A DNA stretch of 61,103 bases, the filler included, from Gonapodya sp. JEL0774 (lineage: Eukaryota): assembly GCA_027604505.1 (NCBI GenBank). It is 12 parts of 12 records of this genome, joined end to end, with 100 filler letters (N's around TTAATTAATTAA, not from the genome) between each part and the next. Parts side by side here need not be neighbours in the genome. Positions count along the whole stretch, not along the records: positions 35,813 to 40,800 come from JADIIX010000806.1; positions 40,901 to 45,885 come from JADIIX010000807.1; positions 45,986 to 50,960 come from JADIIX010000808.1; 9 more parts are not named here. The stretch is one strand, 5' to 3'. The notes under the pieces are model-generated. The model saw nothing but the letters and a program-made list of their open reading frames with translations, did no database searches and had not been told where the DNA came from. Positions 35,813 through 48,609 of this stretch are shown here, piece by piece (the stretch's first letter is position 1; each line of letters begins with the position of its first letter). The position numbers and the translations under genes were made by a program.

Positions 35813-36823
35813 AGGATCCACACATACCCAGATTAATGCCAACACCAAATGCGGTGTGCCATCGATGAGATCTTGAGCACCAACTGTTCATAGAGATATC
35901 ATCACTAACGGTGAAGCGACATGAGACCGGAAGCGCGGAATAACCAACTATTTGTCACTTTGCAGCCAATAGCTTTCGCACTATTCACAACCAAGTTTCC
36001 GTTTTCCGTCATTTGGTACTACGGGTTGATAGAAAATTTCAAGGTCGGGACCCGTTTGCTGGTAAAAAAAGTCACTCACCAAGTTGAGCTTCGCTCCAAC
36101 GTTAATTACGCGTTCATCAATGGTCCCGGGCACCGCATCATTGATCAACTTGCACAAAATAATACCGTCTCTCGTCTTTTCAAACAGTTCCATTGTGCGG
36201 GAGTCGATAGGCAAGTGACGTGCTGCGTGCTTATCGTCGAACAAAACCTGATTCGCGTGCTCGGCGAATGACTCCTTCTCATCCTCGTTAAAGGAATGTT
36301 GAGACCATTCAGTGCTGCCTCCCAAGGTGACCACTTTCTTGTCCTGAGAGCTTACACCTGTGAATGGACAGTTGGATTGGTTGGGGAGTTCGGCGGTAGA
36401 GTTCTCCCGAAGCAGACCCACCCAGCCTGGAGACCTTGCTACCCCGCACATTGTTGATTACCTATGTGGCGAGGATGTTCATCGACTCTCATGACTCGAA
36501 ACACACTCGGATGACACAGGATTCCAGCCCGAGCTCACCTCCAAAAATCCGCGAAAATCTACTCCGCGTCCACCTGCCGCGCCTATTTGCTCCGTCGCAC
36601 TTTCGCCAATTCTAGAAAGCGCCTGTTTGAGCTCAGTTTCGGTCAATCGTCCGTCTCTGTTCAGGTCCAGAGCCTGCAAATTGGCTTGATGATGCCTCTA
36701 GTTCTTACAACAAAAGGCACAAGACCAGACACCTACTCTGAACTGGTCCTGCAGAAGGTCAATCTCTGATTCACGGACATTTTTGAACTCTCGCGCGAGG
36801 CTTCGACTGTCCGCAACGGCCAT
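35813..36823 (-). CDS. SAC6: Fimbrin/plastin (EF-hand plus calponin-homology domains), spliced, 3' truncated
   Basis: EF-hand DLNRDGRLTETE; HSFNEDEKESFAEH, DGIILCKLINDAVPGTIDERVIN, NSAKAIGC and PHLVLALIW are fimbrin ABD1 motifs. Confidence 0.95.
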
Positions 36824-37235
36824 CGGAGTCTGGAGTTTGATTTGGGATAGGAGCTGAGTCTGCTGCCGGTGTGTGCTTGGACGACCACAGTCACCCGCCA
36901 TCTCTTCACTTTTGCCGAATAATCCCCCTCGTCGCTTTTACCGAGTAATCTCCCTCCGTTACGATCTGAGTTGGGTAAGCAAAGCTTATTTGTCACAGTG
37001 CTCTGATTGAGATTATGATGGCAATATAGGCCGAACTTATCATTGAAAATTGCTTCGGAGGATTTGGAAAGAATAAGTTACTTTTGACGTGAAGTCAACG
37101 GAAGGACTTTTGTGTCGTTATGTATGTGCAAAGGATGATGCTCATGAACGTTTTCACGTGTGTACTTGCCCAGTCCCTCGTTTTCCCCAGCTTTCGCAAA
37201 CAACCCATCTGAGCATTCAATCCACCGCGCACACC

Positions 37236-38380
37236 ATGGTTGAACAGTACCAGAAGCAATTTGAGTCCTTTATTACGTCGATCGACAAGGAGTTGGAGTC
37301 TTACTCTGCTGCTCAGTAAGTTGGAAGCCCACGCAATGCTTTGAGTTCTCCCGGAGACCGTCAGGGGTATCGAAGTCGCGAATCACGCTGACCTAAATCA
37401 TCTTTGCGCGCTTTTCTTCATTTTCAGGGAGCTCGAGAAGGCTACTGGCGTCAAGAAGAGCTACTTCGCAATTGGGGGGGCTGCTTTTGTGATCATCCTC
37501 ATTTTCTTCAACATCGCTGGGCAACTTCTGTCAAACCTTGTGCGTATTGCCCAATAAGAAGTTTTTGTGTGTAGACTCTATCTGTGGTATCTGATCCCTG
37601 TTTTTCATTTTGTCTCGATCATGTTGTGTTCTGCCAAAAATATCAGGTCGGATTCCTTTGGCCCGCCTGGGCGTCATTCGTCGCGATGGAGACTGTCTCG
37701 GCATCGGATGACAAGCAATGGTTGATTCACTTTGGTTGAGGGGGGCTCGAAACCTGCTCTTCGAGCTGACTTCCCATTGGGATTATCTCTCGTAATTTTA
37801 CTCAGGTTGACCTACTGGATCGTGTTCGGTTTATTCAACTGTGAGTAAGCACTGTCGTCGCTTTTCTCCTGTCGCCTAGGTAACCGGTTCTCTCTTGCTG
37901 ACTTATGACCCACAAAAAGTGGCCGAGCACTTCTCCGACTTCCTCCTCTACTGGATACCGTTCTATTTCTTCTTCAAGACAATTTTCGTTGTTTGGCTTT
38001 ATCTGCCGCAGACGAGGGTGAGAACTTTCTCGAACGCCGCACTTCCCGCAAACCCGTCCACACCGTCATCATCGCATTCTTTGTCGTCTAGGGCGCCGAG
38101 GTCCTCTACACAAAGTTTGTTAAGCCTACTCTTTCCCCTTACATCGCGAAGGGTCAAGCCTTCGCCGCACAGGCAAAGGTGGGGATCAAGATCCATTAAT
38201 CCTATCATTCGCTCCATCTCATACTTTGTCCCAACACAATGTTCATGCCATTCGTCGCAAATACTTCTCATGATGACACATCGTTCTCGTGACGGCATTG
38301 TTTGTCATTCCAAATTTTATCGCAACCTCGCTTATTAGGCCGCTGCCACTCACGTCGCCGACGGCATCAAGAAGGACTGA
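37236..38380 (+). CDS. YOP1: ER-shaping protein YOP1/DP1 (TB2/DP1/HVA22 family), 7 inferred exons
   Basis: LEKATGVKKSY, VGFLWPAWASF, DDKQWLTYWIVFG and LLYWIPFYFFFKTIFVVWLYLPQTRGAEVLY motifs. Stop at 38378-38380. Confidence 0.95.
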
Positions 38381-38782
38381 ATAACCACAGTTAGGGCAAC
38401 CAAAGGTGACTTTTAGTAAGCTGCAAGAAGGAAGGATTATGGAGAAAATGGAATGTGACTGTAGGATCGATTGGCAAGCTCCGAAGAGTGGATATAATGG
38501 CGATGCTGGAGGACTGAGTCGACCAGCGACCTCGGTTTAAGCCCCGTCGTATAGAGTGAACACCCCAACTCCCCCCGACCTAGCTGGTTTCTGTAATAAG
38601 TGCCAGTCTAGTCGGTTTTTATCATCCAGTTGTATGACAGTGAATGTTCAATGTTGACATCTATTTTCTCTTAAACTCATGTCATTGAAAGCGGTCTCTT
38701 GCTCAATGTCCCCTGGAAATCATTAGTCGAGGGACGAGAACTCCACAACTGAATATGAAGGAGATCGAAGGTTTAGGTGTCG

Positions 38783-40800
38783 ATGGCTGTTTCCTTAAGC
38801 ACTCAATCATTCGCCACATTCACGCTCCCTGATTTGTCGATGCTTCGTTCAAACTCTCTTCTGAATGACGCGACTTTACCTGTTGTGTCGTCAAGAACCA
38901 GCTCACTATGTGGTCCCCGAACTATTGATTCACAGTTGAATGTTCGTGTTTCTCCGCACATGACTCGCTCGCTCGCTAACCTGACCACGAACGCAACAGC
39001 ACATTATTGATCAGCTCGAGCAGCATCTAGGAAGCTCAGTAAATCGAAGCTGGAGTGAAAGGGAAGCTGAATTGAATCAACCGTCACGCTGTAAGTGGCC
39101 GAGGTTGATGATAGGCCGACAATAACCCATCATCACTCCACCAGTATATGAATGGAGCTCTCATGGAGATCGCGTCGCATGCCTTATTGTACGGATAGAT
39201 GAAGGAATGAAATCTTTCATTCGGACCGCTGTGAGTAGCTCAGTTTTCATCCTTCAAACAAGACTTTCACTGGGTATTCCCGTTCTTCCAGCGACTTGGT
39301 ATTCTAGATACGTTAATTTATGCTGATAGTGACACCTTCGAAACAGCTCTGAAAAGTACGATGCGAGAAGTGGAGCGTATGTACCCAATTCAATACGACG
39401 TACCAAATACGGTCAGCGTAGAGATGCAGTTCGATCAAATTCTGGACAGTGTGAGGCTTGTTCCACAAAATGTGAGTCTAAATTGTTTACCACGGTGTGG
39501 GATCATTTGTGCCGAGGATCACCACGGGTTCTTCACAGCAATACGCAGGTTTCTGGGTGGATGTTCAGCTGATGGGTTCCGACGATAAATGTGTGATAAT
39601 TTGGTAAACGAGAGCTTCGTCCGTGTCCGTTAATTGGTGTGTGGTACTGTTAGTGTTGCAGGACGCCTTCTTCGGACACAAGCACATCAATCCCAAGCGA
39701 CCGTTCGAACATATGGAAGCAGACCCGGCCACCACCATCGATGAGGTCAAGGATAGATCTGATCGCTCGCTGGAGTGCTATCGGTTTACCTTGGAGGAGC
39801 TCTACAAGACTCAAGAAAATCTCGTAAGAGATTTACAGAATCTAGAACAAGTAAGAGTGGGGATTTCTACACTCTCTGTGGCTGAGCTGATAAACTCAGG
39901 ACTCTTGTCTAGTTATGTCAGCTACTGAAATCTCGATCTCCGGACTACCTCGTCCCGGTGTCTCTAGTGGAGCAGATTACGACGGGTCGCGAAAGGACTG
40001 AAATGCTACGCATTCATGAGACTTTACTCACCAAGTTCAAGACCTTGCTTGACCTCGTTTTGTCGGAAGATGGTGTCAAATCGCGAGATTTCATAGATCG
40101 CGCACTGGAAGAAGCGGTGCGCTCCCGTAAAAGCCTCCACGCTGTTAACCCTTTATTTCACATGAGACCACCGCGACCTTGAAGACCACAGATTTTGAAC
40201 ATCATTTGGACTATTGCTCGTTTGTACGGTTAGCTCTTGATGTTATATCGCGGGAGGAGCAAAGGGGAGACAGCTCGGTTGTGACAAGGTTACTCGTGAG
40301 TGTTTATGGAGTGTGCACACCCGAATTGTTGATCGAACTTCCCCTTGGCAGCGTGAAAACCGTCTACATCTGAGCAAAAGCTGCACATCAACGCTTTCGT
40401 CTCTTCTCGGACTGCATGGTGCGCGAGGTTACAGTACTGGCTCTATCAACAGAGTCACTTTCAACCTATGCTTTTTTGCTCTGAAGGCAGAAGATTCACA
40501 AGTGTTTGCCTGATTTTACAACAAATTGGTGGTCGTCCACTTGAGCAATGGGATTCTCTTACCAAGAGAATGATGCAGGATGAGACAAAGCTAGATGCGC
40601 TGACCACGTTCCGAACCTATCTGAAGCTCTCGGTGAGTGCTAACTGCTCCCAATTGTGCTTATTGCTGAGAAATGATGGTGTTCGACATACAGTCGATGG
40701 TGATTCCCAGCGGGTTGCCGTTCCTTGTTCAAGCGGATGTAGTTCTGGCGGGAAGCCTTGTTGGGGAGGGACAGCGCATTGTGGGAAGTCTCCATTTCTT
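38783..40800 (+). CDS. Spliced protein with divergent Dbl-homology (RhoGEF-like) region, 3' truncated
   Basis: LEELYKTQENLVRDLQNL resembles DH conserved region 1, and MLRIHETLL and HLDYC follow DH spacing. Multiple in-phase exons; start position uncertain. Confidence 0.5.
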
Positions 40801-40900
40801 NNNNNNNNNNNNNNNNNNNNNNNNNNNNNNNNNNNNNNNNNNNNTTAATTAATTAANNNNNNNNNNNNNNNNNNNNNNNNNNNNNNNNNNNNNNNNNNNN

Positions 40901-42399
40901 TGCGATGACATTTTCGCAAGGCCGGAATATACGACAATGAAAGTCACGGAGATCACCTAGACCTTCTGTCTCAATACTCTGTAGATTCAAAACGAGAGGC
41001 CTCTCGCAGTCGCTACGTGCGTGGGATTTCGAACAGCCATGTGAGAACTGAGAACCTAGCTCGGCGATTATGACCAGAGAATGGTGTATCCGAGTCGGTT
41101 CTCGCCAGTAACTAGATTCTCAATACGTGTTGCTGGATACCTCATGCCTCGGATGCCGTTCTGGCAGTCGCCGGAACTGACGGTGACATTCACGTTCTCA
41201 GCGTCGCGCATTCAAGGGAAATCTATTTTCTCTCGGGTCATGATGGTATATGGACTGTTTTTTTGGTTCATGGTGAAACGGAGCTATGACGAATACATAT
41301 CACAACAGGCCCGATTTTACATCTTGAAGTGCATCCGACGCAGCAAACCCTTCTCCTCTCTGTCGGCGGCGATGATTCTATGAGACTTTGGAACCTCAAC
41401 ACTCGGAAATGTGTGGCGATTCTGTATGGGAGACTACCTACTGCAGCGGTGACGTCTTGCTCCGACCGTGCTTTCAAACAGTGGTGACTGAAAGTCTTTT
41501 CCGATGCCCCTAGACCTTCGACACTTCCGGTTCCAGCATAGCGTGGGGAAATGCGAGTGGCGAAATCCGACTTTTTCATCTTCCGAATGTTTTCTTGGGG
41601 CGAAGTGACGCCGAAACATCAGCACCCGGACCGCTACATTTGAATGACTCCGATCGCGTAGTGGGTGGTGGAATGGAGAGTGGCATCGGTGAGTCATCCC
41701 GTTCAACTCCATGCTCAGCTCATCTTGCTCAAAATGTTTTATGCTCCGACAAACAGAGTTTTTGCAATGGATCACCAAAGAACGTTTGGCGACCTATTCC
41801 ACAGATGGCCAGATAAGGATTTGGAACACGGAGAGCTTTGAAGTGAGAAATTTTCTCAACCAATTCTAGCATGACGACAGTACGCCACGTTTGGTACTTG
41901 GTTGTCAGGCTGTTCACACAATTCAAGTTCCACATCCCTATTTCCACGCAACGCGCTTCGCTATATGGCATGTACCAGTTTAATGACGTTGTGTTGTGCC
42001 ATGCTGCGTCATTTTTACGCTCAACAGTGCACTCTCATCTTCGTTAGTCCTGACGGAAAGTACCTTTGCATTGGCACAACGTCAGGTGGCGTTCTCGTGT
42101 ACCTCCTCTCTACCGGAACGCTTCTGACAGAACTCAAGCACGAACGGTGTACTCGACCTGTAAAATGCTGTGCGTTTTCGGGAACTGGAAGGTGGGTTGA
42201 GGGTTGCTCGCGTTTGTGACAAAAAGCATCACTGAGCGCTGATCGCCACAAGTACATTATTCCATTATCTAGGTCCATTGTTTGTGGTACCTCTGATGGG
42301 TTCTTGTGGCGATGGGACTTCGTAAATGAAGAGACTTTGAAGGCTTGGGATGAGAGTAAACGGATGAGCACCTTGGAACGAGACAAGAACGCTGCATAG
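40901..42399 (+). CDS. WD40-repeat protein, EED/ESC/FIE- or LRWD1-like, 5' truncated, spliced
   Basis: LNTCCW..LAVAGTDGDIHVL..LSGH, VHPTQQTLLLSVGGDDSMRLWNLNTRKCVAIL and LKHERCTRPVKCCAFS..DGFLWRWDF motifs. Stop at 42397-42399. Confidence 0.75.
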
Positions 42400-43171
42400 C
42401 ATGGCGCACTCGTCAGTAAATGAATGCACGTCGCATAAAATTAATAATTGTTATAGATCGCATGGTATGGACAGGGATTTTTGGGGATGCGAAACTCACG
42501 TTGGTTGAGGGAGATCTAGATGTAATCATCCATACGCAGCAATTCCCCAAAAACCTTGACGAATCTAAGCCGTCACCCTTCTTGTAACCGGTGAAAGCTC
42601 TCGTGGCTCGCAAACATAACGAGCATGTCGACCAAGTAAGATTCCAGTTACCCGGTTTTGCAAGGTGCCAAGTAGAGACGATCATCACAGAAAACCCACA
42701 ACGACTCGTTGAGAGTTCGCAGGTCAATTGGTGGGATCGTCAGCACGTACTACTGTCGGTCCTGCTCTTTAACGCCAGTCAAGACCTCCTGGTCGAGTCG
42801 AATTTGCACGCAGCTGCAAGTGGCTGCGTGGGCGCTATTGCATCAAGCTTCGCATTAAATTACACCTGTAATGACTGCCAAGAGAACATAAATTGAGTTT
42901 CACCAGACCCACTTATGTTCAACTTACCTGGTATCACAACCGCCTTGCACGCAAGACGTGAACTTACCGAAAACGGAGCGTATGTCAACGAGGCCTGTCT
43001 TGCGCGAACGAGCATGCCAGAGGGCATTCACTTAGAAGGCATACTGAACTTTCATTAACTCGCATATTTTGTCGCAAAACAGTTTTGGGGGGGTGCCTGG
43101 TTGATCTTGGGAGGCTTCCTGGTCCCTTGCCGTAAAACCTGCCTTCCACTCTTTTAACCAATTTCTCCACA

Positions 43172-44792
43172 ATGCGGAGCGCACGATGGGCGAATCGTTT
43201 CACAAATCGATACCCTTTTGCACTGTTCTGCGCTTTCTTATGCCTCTGCCGGATTCGGGCCCAGTACACCACGGCAATTCAATGCGATGCAAATAGGGGC
43301 AATATGACGTGCATAGCGAACGCCAACTTTAAACTCGACTTTGCTGATGCCTATATCAACTGCTTGAACGGAAATTGCTACTGGTGAGTCACTGAGACCC
43401 GAGAATACGAAACAGGGGGTTGCCGCGGGTTTCATTCACGCACTATTCCGGCAGGGCATGTAACCACCCCATCAACCCTATGGGATACACTGCGCACTTG
43501 TGCACGGGTGGAACGTGCGGCGCGACCCAGTGTGGACCTCCCTCTATCAACAGCACGTTGGGTTGCTTTGTCAGCCCAGCAACAGGTCAACTCGCCTGCC
43601 AAACCACATGTGATGACGGGAAGTCCTGGAGACCATACGATGGAATTGGCTGCGGAGCGATTGCGACTCAGATGACATCCACAACTCGTGCAGTTTCTTC
43701 AACTACAGTGCTTGCAGCCACCCCCCGCACAAGTCAAACATCCCCCGTTTCACGTGCGTCAACCGCCAACACGCAACCAACGTCGTCTCCTGTCGCATCG
43801 AGTGCGTCCGCCGCTGGGAGTGCTGCACCGGATGCTATGCTGTCCGCAACGTTACCTGGAGACCCTGCAGCTGCCACCAACGCCGGAGGTGCAGCGACCG
43901 CTCTGCCCACCAACGCTATGAAACTCTCCACGGGCATCGTCATTGGGCTCACTGCAGGTGCCGCTGCTGCCGTTGGCCTCGCCTTTCTGGTCACCTTTTT
44001 GGTTATACGGAGACGAAGACGGACAGTCGCTGGATCGAGTTCCGGTTCCAATCATCGACGAAGTCGGGACAGTGACTCGGGTTCTTCCAACCGTGGCAGT
44101 CCGAGGAGGGGTGATGAATCTGCAACCTTTCTTGCCGATGGATCAAAAAAGAACAAGTCCAGAGGAATCTCCCTCTTCTTCGAACCAGACGTGTCTGCAA
44201 CCCGCTTCAACAACCCTTACCAAATTCCTCCCATGAAAAGTGCAGCTGCTCGTGACACTCCGTCTTCTGGCGTCTTGCGAACTCCATCGGCAACCCCATC
44301 GGCTCGGAGAAACTTCCCCGACAGCCCTCCACCAGCCAGCTTCCGCACCATAGGGAGCAACCCCGATAGCCCGCACTCATCCCAGATACGATCCACGTCG
44401 CTCACCCCACCTGCCGCTGTCACCATCAACCGGCCCTACGTTGCCGCTTACGTGTACAAGGCTCAGCGACCAGACGAGTTTTCTATTCAGGTGGGGGAAG
44501 TGTTGACGGTGCTGGAGAGTTATCCGGACGGGTGAGTGGATCTGACGCGAGAACACATGGAGTGCACTGTTTCGGAACCATTGGCGTTCTCACTGCACTG
44601 ATTTGGTCTGACAAAGCTGGTGCACGGCACGACGGAGAGAACCGAACGGAGTGGAGAGACTGGGAGTCGTTCCATGTGAGTTCCGCATTCGAGGATCGGT
44701 TTCGAATGAGGAGTGTGAAACTTACTCACAATAACCAACTCACTGCAACACCAGTCGGCGCGCTTGAACCTGTCAGGACTGGCGGATTCTAG
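43172..44792 (+). CDS. Type I membrane protein: Cys-rich ectodomain, Ser/Thr stalk, TM helix, cytoplasmic SH3 domain (4 exons)
   Basis: Signal-like N-terminus, 12 ectodomain Cys, TM IVIGLTAGAAAAVGLAFLVTFLVI followed by RRRRR, and SH3 YVAAYVYKAQRPDEFSIQVGEVLTVLESYPDG|WC...GVVP|FGAL. Confidence 0.85.
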
Positions 44793-45046
44793 GGTCGAAA
44801 CCAATTGAAGGGATCCGTTGATCACCAACCCTTACGTTTGCTATTACAACGCTCACGCAAGGCATCCTCCGGCCGACGTGAAGACGTGCATATATTTTTG
44901 GCGTTGCAGGATAAATCATTAATAATTTTGACAAAGTCGCCGACAGCGTAATGATAGACAATGTATATAATCCATTTGGTATACCGGATATTTCGACCCC
45001 AAAAGCGTGTCGACACTGCGCCAGAGCCATTCGTTGAGCAACCCCT

Positions 45047-45885
45047 CTACTCATCCCCATCTTCATTCCCAGGTACAAAGTCCTCATCCTTATCCTCCTC
45101 GCTCTTCTTTTCGGTGGGCTTTTTCGCAACGTGCTCGTGCGACTTGTTCTGGAAGACGTACGTCACAATGTCTTCCGACGACTCGTTGAGGACAATGTCG
45201 GCGACCTGGTTTGCCGGTGAGCAAGTACGTTCAAACCAGTGCCCGTCATACGCATCCAAAACTCCCGCCACCCACCCGATGTAATTCACCCTCGCTAATG
45301 TGATTCCACTGACTCGTGTCCGCTGCCGCCGCCCCCGCATTGATCTGCCCTTCTGGCGGTCGTATCAACTGGTGCCCCTTAAAACACCTCTTGCACTTGA
45401 ACTGATCGTGGGTATCGCAGAGCGTGTCTTCCTGGTATTGAAACAGGTGTCGCAAATTCTCGAGAGAGAAGTGGCGCTCGACGTTTTCCTCTTCGTCGAC
45501 GACACACGAGGAGAGAGATTGTTTGTGTGCTTGACTGATGGTGCAGAAATTGGTGAGTCTTCGAGATCGGACTCTTCGAGCACGATTGTGAGAGCAATCG
45601 TAGAATATTTACCGTTGGAATATCTTCTCCTCCAGAGTACCTGTCGCAATGAATCGATAAATATAGCACGTCTTGGGCTGTCCTTCACGCCAGACACGAG
45701 CGAGGGCCTGCGCATCGTTTGCGGGATTCCAATCTAGTGCGCGACGATTGCGGTGGTCAGCATTTGAGTCGTAAGAAAGTACCGTTGGTTGGTCTGTGTA
45801 ACCTGCACGATGCAATACACTACTCACCCGGATCAAACAGCACCAATCTATTCGCCCCGATCAGATTCAAACCACAGCCGCCCGC
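45047..45885 (-). CDS. RAD54: DNA repair/recombination translocase Rad54 (SNF2 family), 3' part
   Basis: [62 protein letters not shown] and [12 protein letters not shown] (Rad54 C-terminal Zn motif). Confidence 0.95.
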
Positions 45886-45985
45886 NNNNNNNNNNNNNNN
45901 NNNNNNNNNNNNNNNNNNNNNNNNNNNNNTTAATTAATTAANNNNNNNNNNNNNNNNNNNNNNNNNNNNNNNNNNNNNNNNNNNN

Positions 45986-46488
45986 GGGGACGACATTGGG
46001 CCGTTCATGGACTTGGACGAGATGGATTCAGTAAGTTTGGGTTATGGTGGGAGTGTGGAGACCGAGGGGAAAGTGAAGATGCTGATCGGAGAAGGGAGTT
46101 TGCATGGAAACCCCAACTTGGTGATTTGGGGAACAGGAAGGCACCCTGTGAGTAACGGCGCACGGAGGTCTGGACATTTTGCCTCCTTTGCTCCTCTCTG
46201 ATCTATTCCTCACTTTTATGAATGAAGTGTCTGGGTGCCCGCCACGCCATGTTTGTTGTCAAAGTGGTTGTGAGTACAGTCGTGAGGAAGTTTGACATAT
46301 CACTTGTCGATGGGAAGTGGCCGAAAACCAGAGGTATTCCCGTAAGTGGATTGTAGTCAGACTCCAAACTGTGAATGTCCTTTCATGATTCGAGTAATTA
46401 ATCCCGTTGGCAGTTAGGTGCAATGAAGCCTTCAAACAAAGTGCAGCTCGGACTCAAATCTCGTTTTCCTACCACCAGACCACTCTAA
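45986..46488 (+). CDS. Cytochrome P450, C-terminal exons
   Basis: Heme motif WGTGRHP|CLG split by intron 46148-46227 (Cys codon 46228-46230), followed by AMFVVKVVVSTVVRKFDISL. Stop at 46486-46488. Confidence 0.8.
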
Positions 46489-46978
46489 GAGTTACAACCG
46501 TCCGGACTGCTTCTTCCAATTCGAGATTTTGTCCAGAAGCCTGCAAGACATAATGGTTTTGGGACCGACGACCCTGTGGCTACCTCGTCACAGTCAACAG
46601 TCAGTTTGCCTTTTGCGTGCATCTTTAGTCTGATCATGTATATACAAGGGGATGAAAATATCGGAGCATGGTCGTGTCAAGGAAATCCTCGCTTTTGGTT
46701 TTGGTGACAAACACTTTCGAACGATGATCGGCATGTTAGATCAGCTCTGCAATCTCGCAGAATATGAAGTCCCTTGGCAAAGTATTTAGCTGTCAGCACT
46801 CTATGTAGATACATGATAAGACAAATGTACATATTTCGAAACTCTATGTACAACGAACACACGAAATGTCAGTGCGATTCGGATCCTAACAGCAAAGCGA
46901 ACCATACACACTCCCCCATTAGACAGACACAAGAAGTTACTCTCTTCCTCGGTCCATGCGGCGACAACGTCACCGTTC

Positions 46979-48609
46979 TCACGATCTTGAAGCCTTACGC
47001 CTCGACGGACTCTTCGCCGGCTTCTTCGCATGCTCCTTTGACAACCCCGACACCCCATCAGCCACGACACTGCCACTCAGCACTTTACGGTTCCCTTCAA
47101 CATACGGCGTACTGCCGTTTGATTTCGTGTTCGTTTTTCCGTTGGCCTGGACACCGGCGACACCTTTGGGCTTTATCCTCAAACACCAGATGTCGAATAC
47201 CTCACACAAACGATCGATCACGTCCCACGAAAAGTATCCGTATACTGCAATTGTGAATGCGAGGTACAACCACACCAAAGCAGCTTGGACGGATTCCTCG
47301 GTCCATCCCTGGGGAAAAGGTACAGCTCCCGAGCGGACTCCCCACGCTGCAGTGGTGGCGGCCCATGTGGCAGTATTGAGGATAGACGATACGGGAAATG
47401 CAGACTGGCAGCAATGGGCGAGCACGATGAGTCCGACTTGGTATCCTGAGGAAATGGTGATGCCGAGACAAAAGGGGAGGAAGATGCCTGCAGTTGGGGA
47501 GAGAATGACGGTTGGTGCTGCAGCAGTCCACACAAATAGGAGCGCCAGAAAGATGGGGAGAGGGAGGAGAGTGGTGACGGGCAGTGGTGTCATGGTTGGA
47601 TAAGATGCCGATGACTTTGGAGGTGGAGATCCACCGTTTGCCAGTGCCGCTTTCCGGCTGAGGACTTGGCGGACATTATAAAGTGCTGCCCCCGTGTTGT
47701 AGATTGAGGTGGTGACGGCGAGGATGGCGGATATGTGGTTCAGTTGCAGCCAAGACGGAACAAAAACCGCGACCGGAGTGGGGAGGATGGTGAAAAGTTT
47801 AGCCATGAAGAACTGGGGTCCAACGGCCGCAGCAACAAGGATGGCCGACACGCTAGCCAGTATGCCTTCCACCGGACCGGAGAATTGGGAGAGGTAGAGC
47901 GTGCCTGTGTGGTAAGTCTCCCACGTCGAGGCGTAAAAGTTGGCCATGAACGCCGCAAGTGAGAAAATGCTCCACCAATTGGTTCCAACGCCCAAAGCCA
48001 TCAACCCCAGAACGCCTCCAACGCCCGTGTTGAGCGCGTCACATCCGTGGTCAAAGAGTTCACCAAGAGGACCTGCAGTTCCCGTTCTGCGTGCCTGTTT
48101 TCCATCAATGGCGTCGAGAGATTGGTAGGCGAAGAGGGAAATTGCGGTGGATAGGAGGAACCAGCGTGGTTGGGGCTCCTCCAGGTTTGGAGACACGAGC
48201 CAGAGGATAATGAAGTTGGCGACGATGGGGACGAAGCCGGCGAGGGTGAGGAGGTTCGGACTATAAAGAGCATAATAAGGAAGAAAGAACATATTTCAAT
48301 CTCAATAACTAGAGTAATCCATCGTTACACCTTCCAATGTTATCACTGGTCGTGACGGAAAACCACACCGTCATCGAATACCGATCCGCATCTAAATTCC
48401 CATTTGGAGCAAAGATTTCTTTGACGAATCAAGTGGTAAGATACTCACGCGACCCACATGGGTACCTGTTCGACCAGCCAGTTCCAATACCGTCCAAGTA
48501 CATACTTTGAAATGAAGCTATGATCCACTCCCGAGTACTTGTGCTCCTTGATCCGCAAGGCTTCCGCTTCCGAGATGTAGGTTGGGAAGATTCGGCGATT
48601 GAGTTGCAT
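46979..48609 (-). CDS. EPT1: Choline/ethanolamine phosphotransferase (CDP-alcohol phosphatidyltransferase, EPT1/CPT1)
   Basis: HKYSGVDHSFISKYVL..W|APNLLTL, DAIDGKQARRTGTAGPLGELFDHGCD signature, WETYHTGTLYL and SGPVEGI. EPT1 versus CPT1 cannot be distinguished. Confidence 0.93.

Noticed and set aside
42478..42553. Hairpin TTTTTGGGGA/TCCCCAAAAA downstream of the WD40 gene
   Set aside because: Low-complexity 10-bp stem without convincing SECIS, snoRNA or tRNA features.
42921..42935. ACTTACCTGG resembling the U1 snRNA 5' end
   Set aside because: No U1 stem-loop I/II sequences or Sm site follow; it is simply the reverse complement of a splice-donor-like sequence.
46930..46981. TGA stop of EPT1 as possible selenocysteine (animal EPT1 is SELENOI; some early-diverging fungi use Sec)
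   Set aside because: The TGA ends a long low-complexity tail, a second TGA follows three codons later, and no SECIS-like element was visible.
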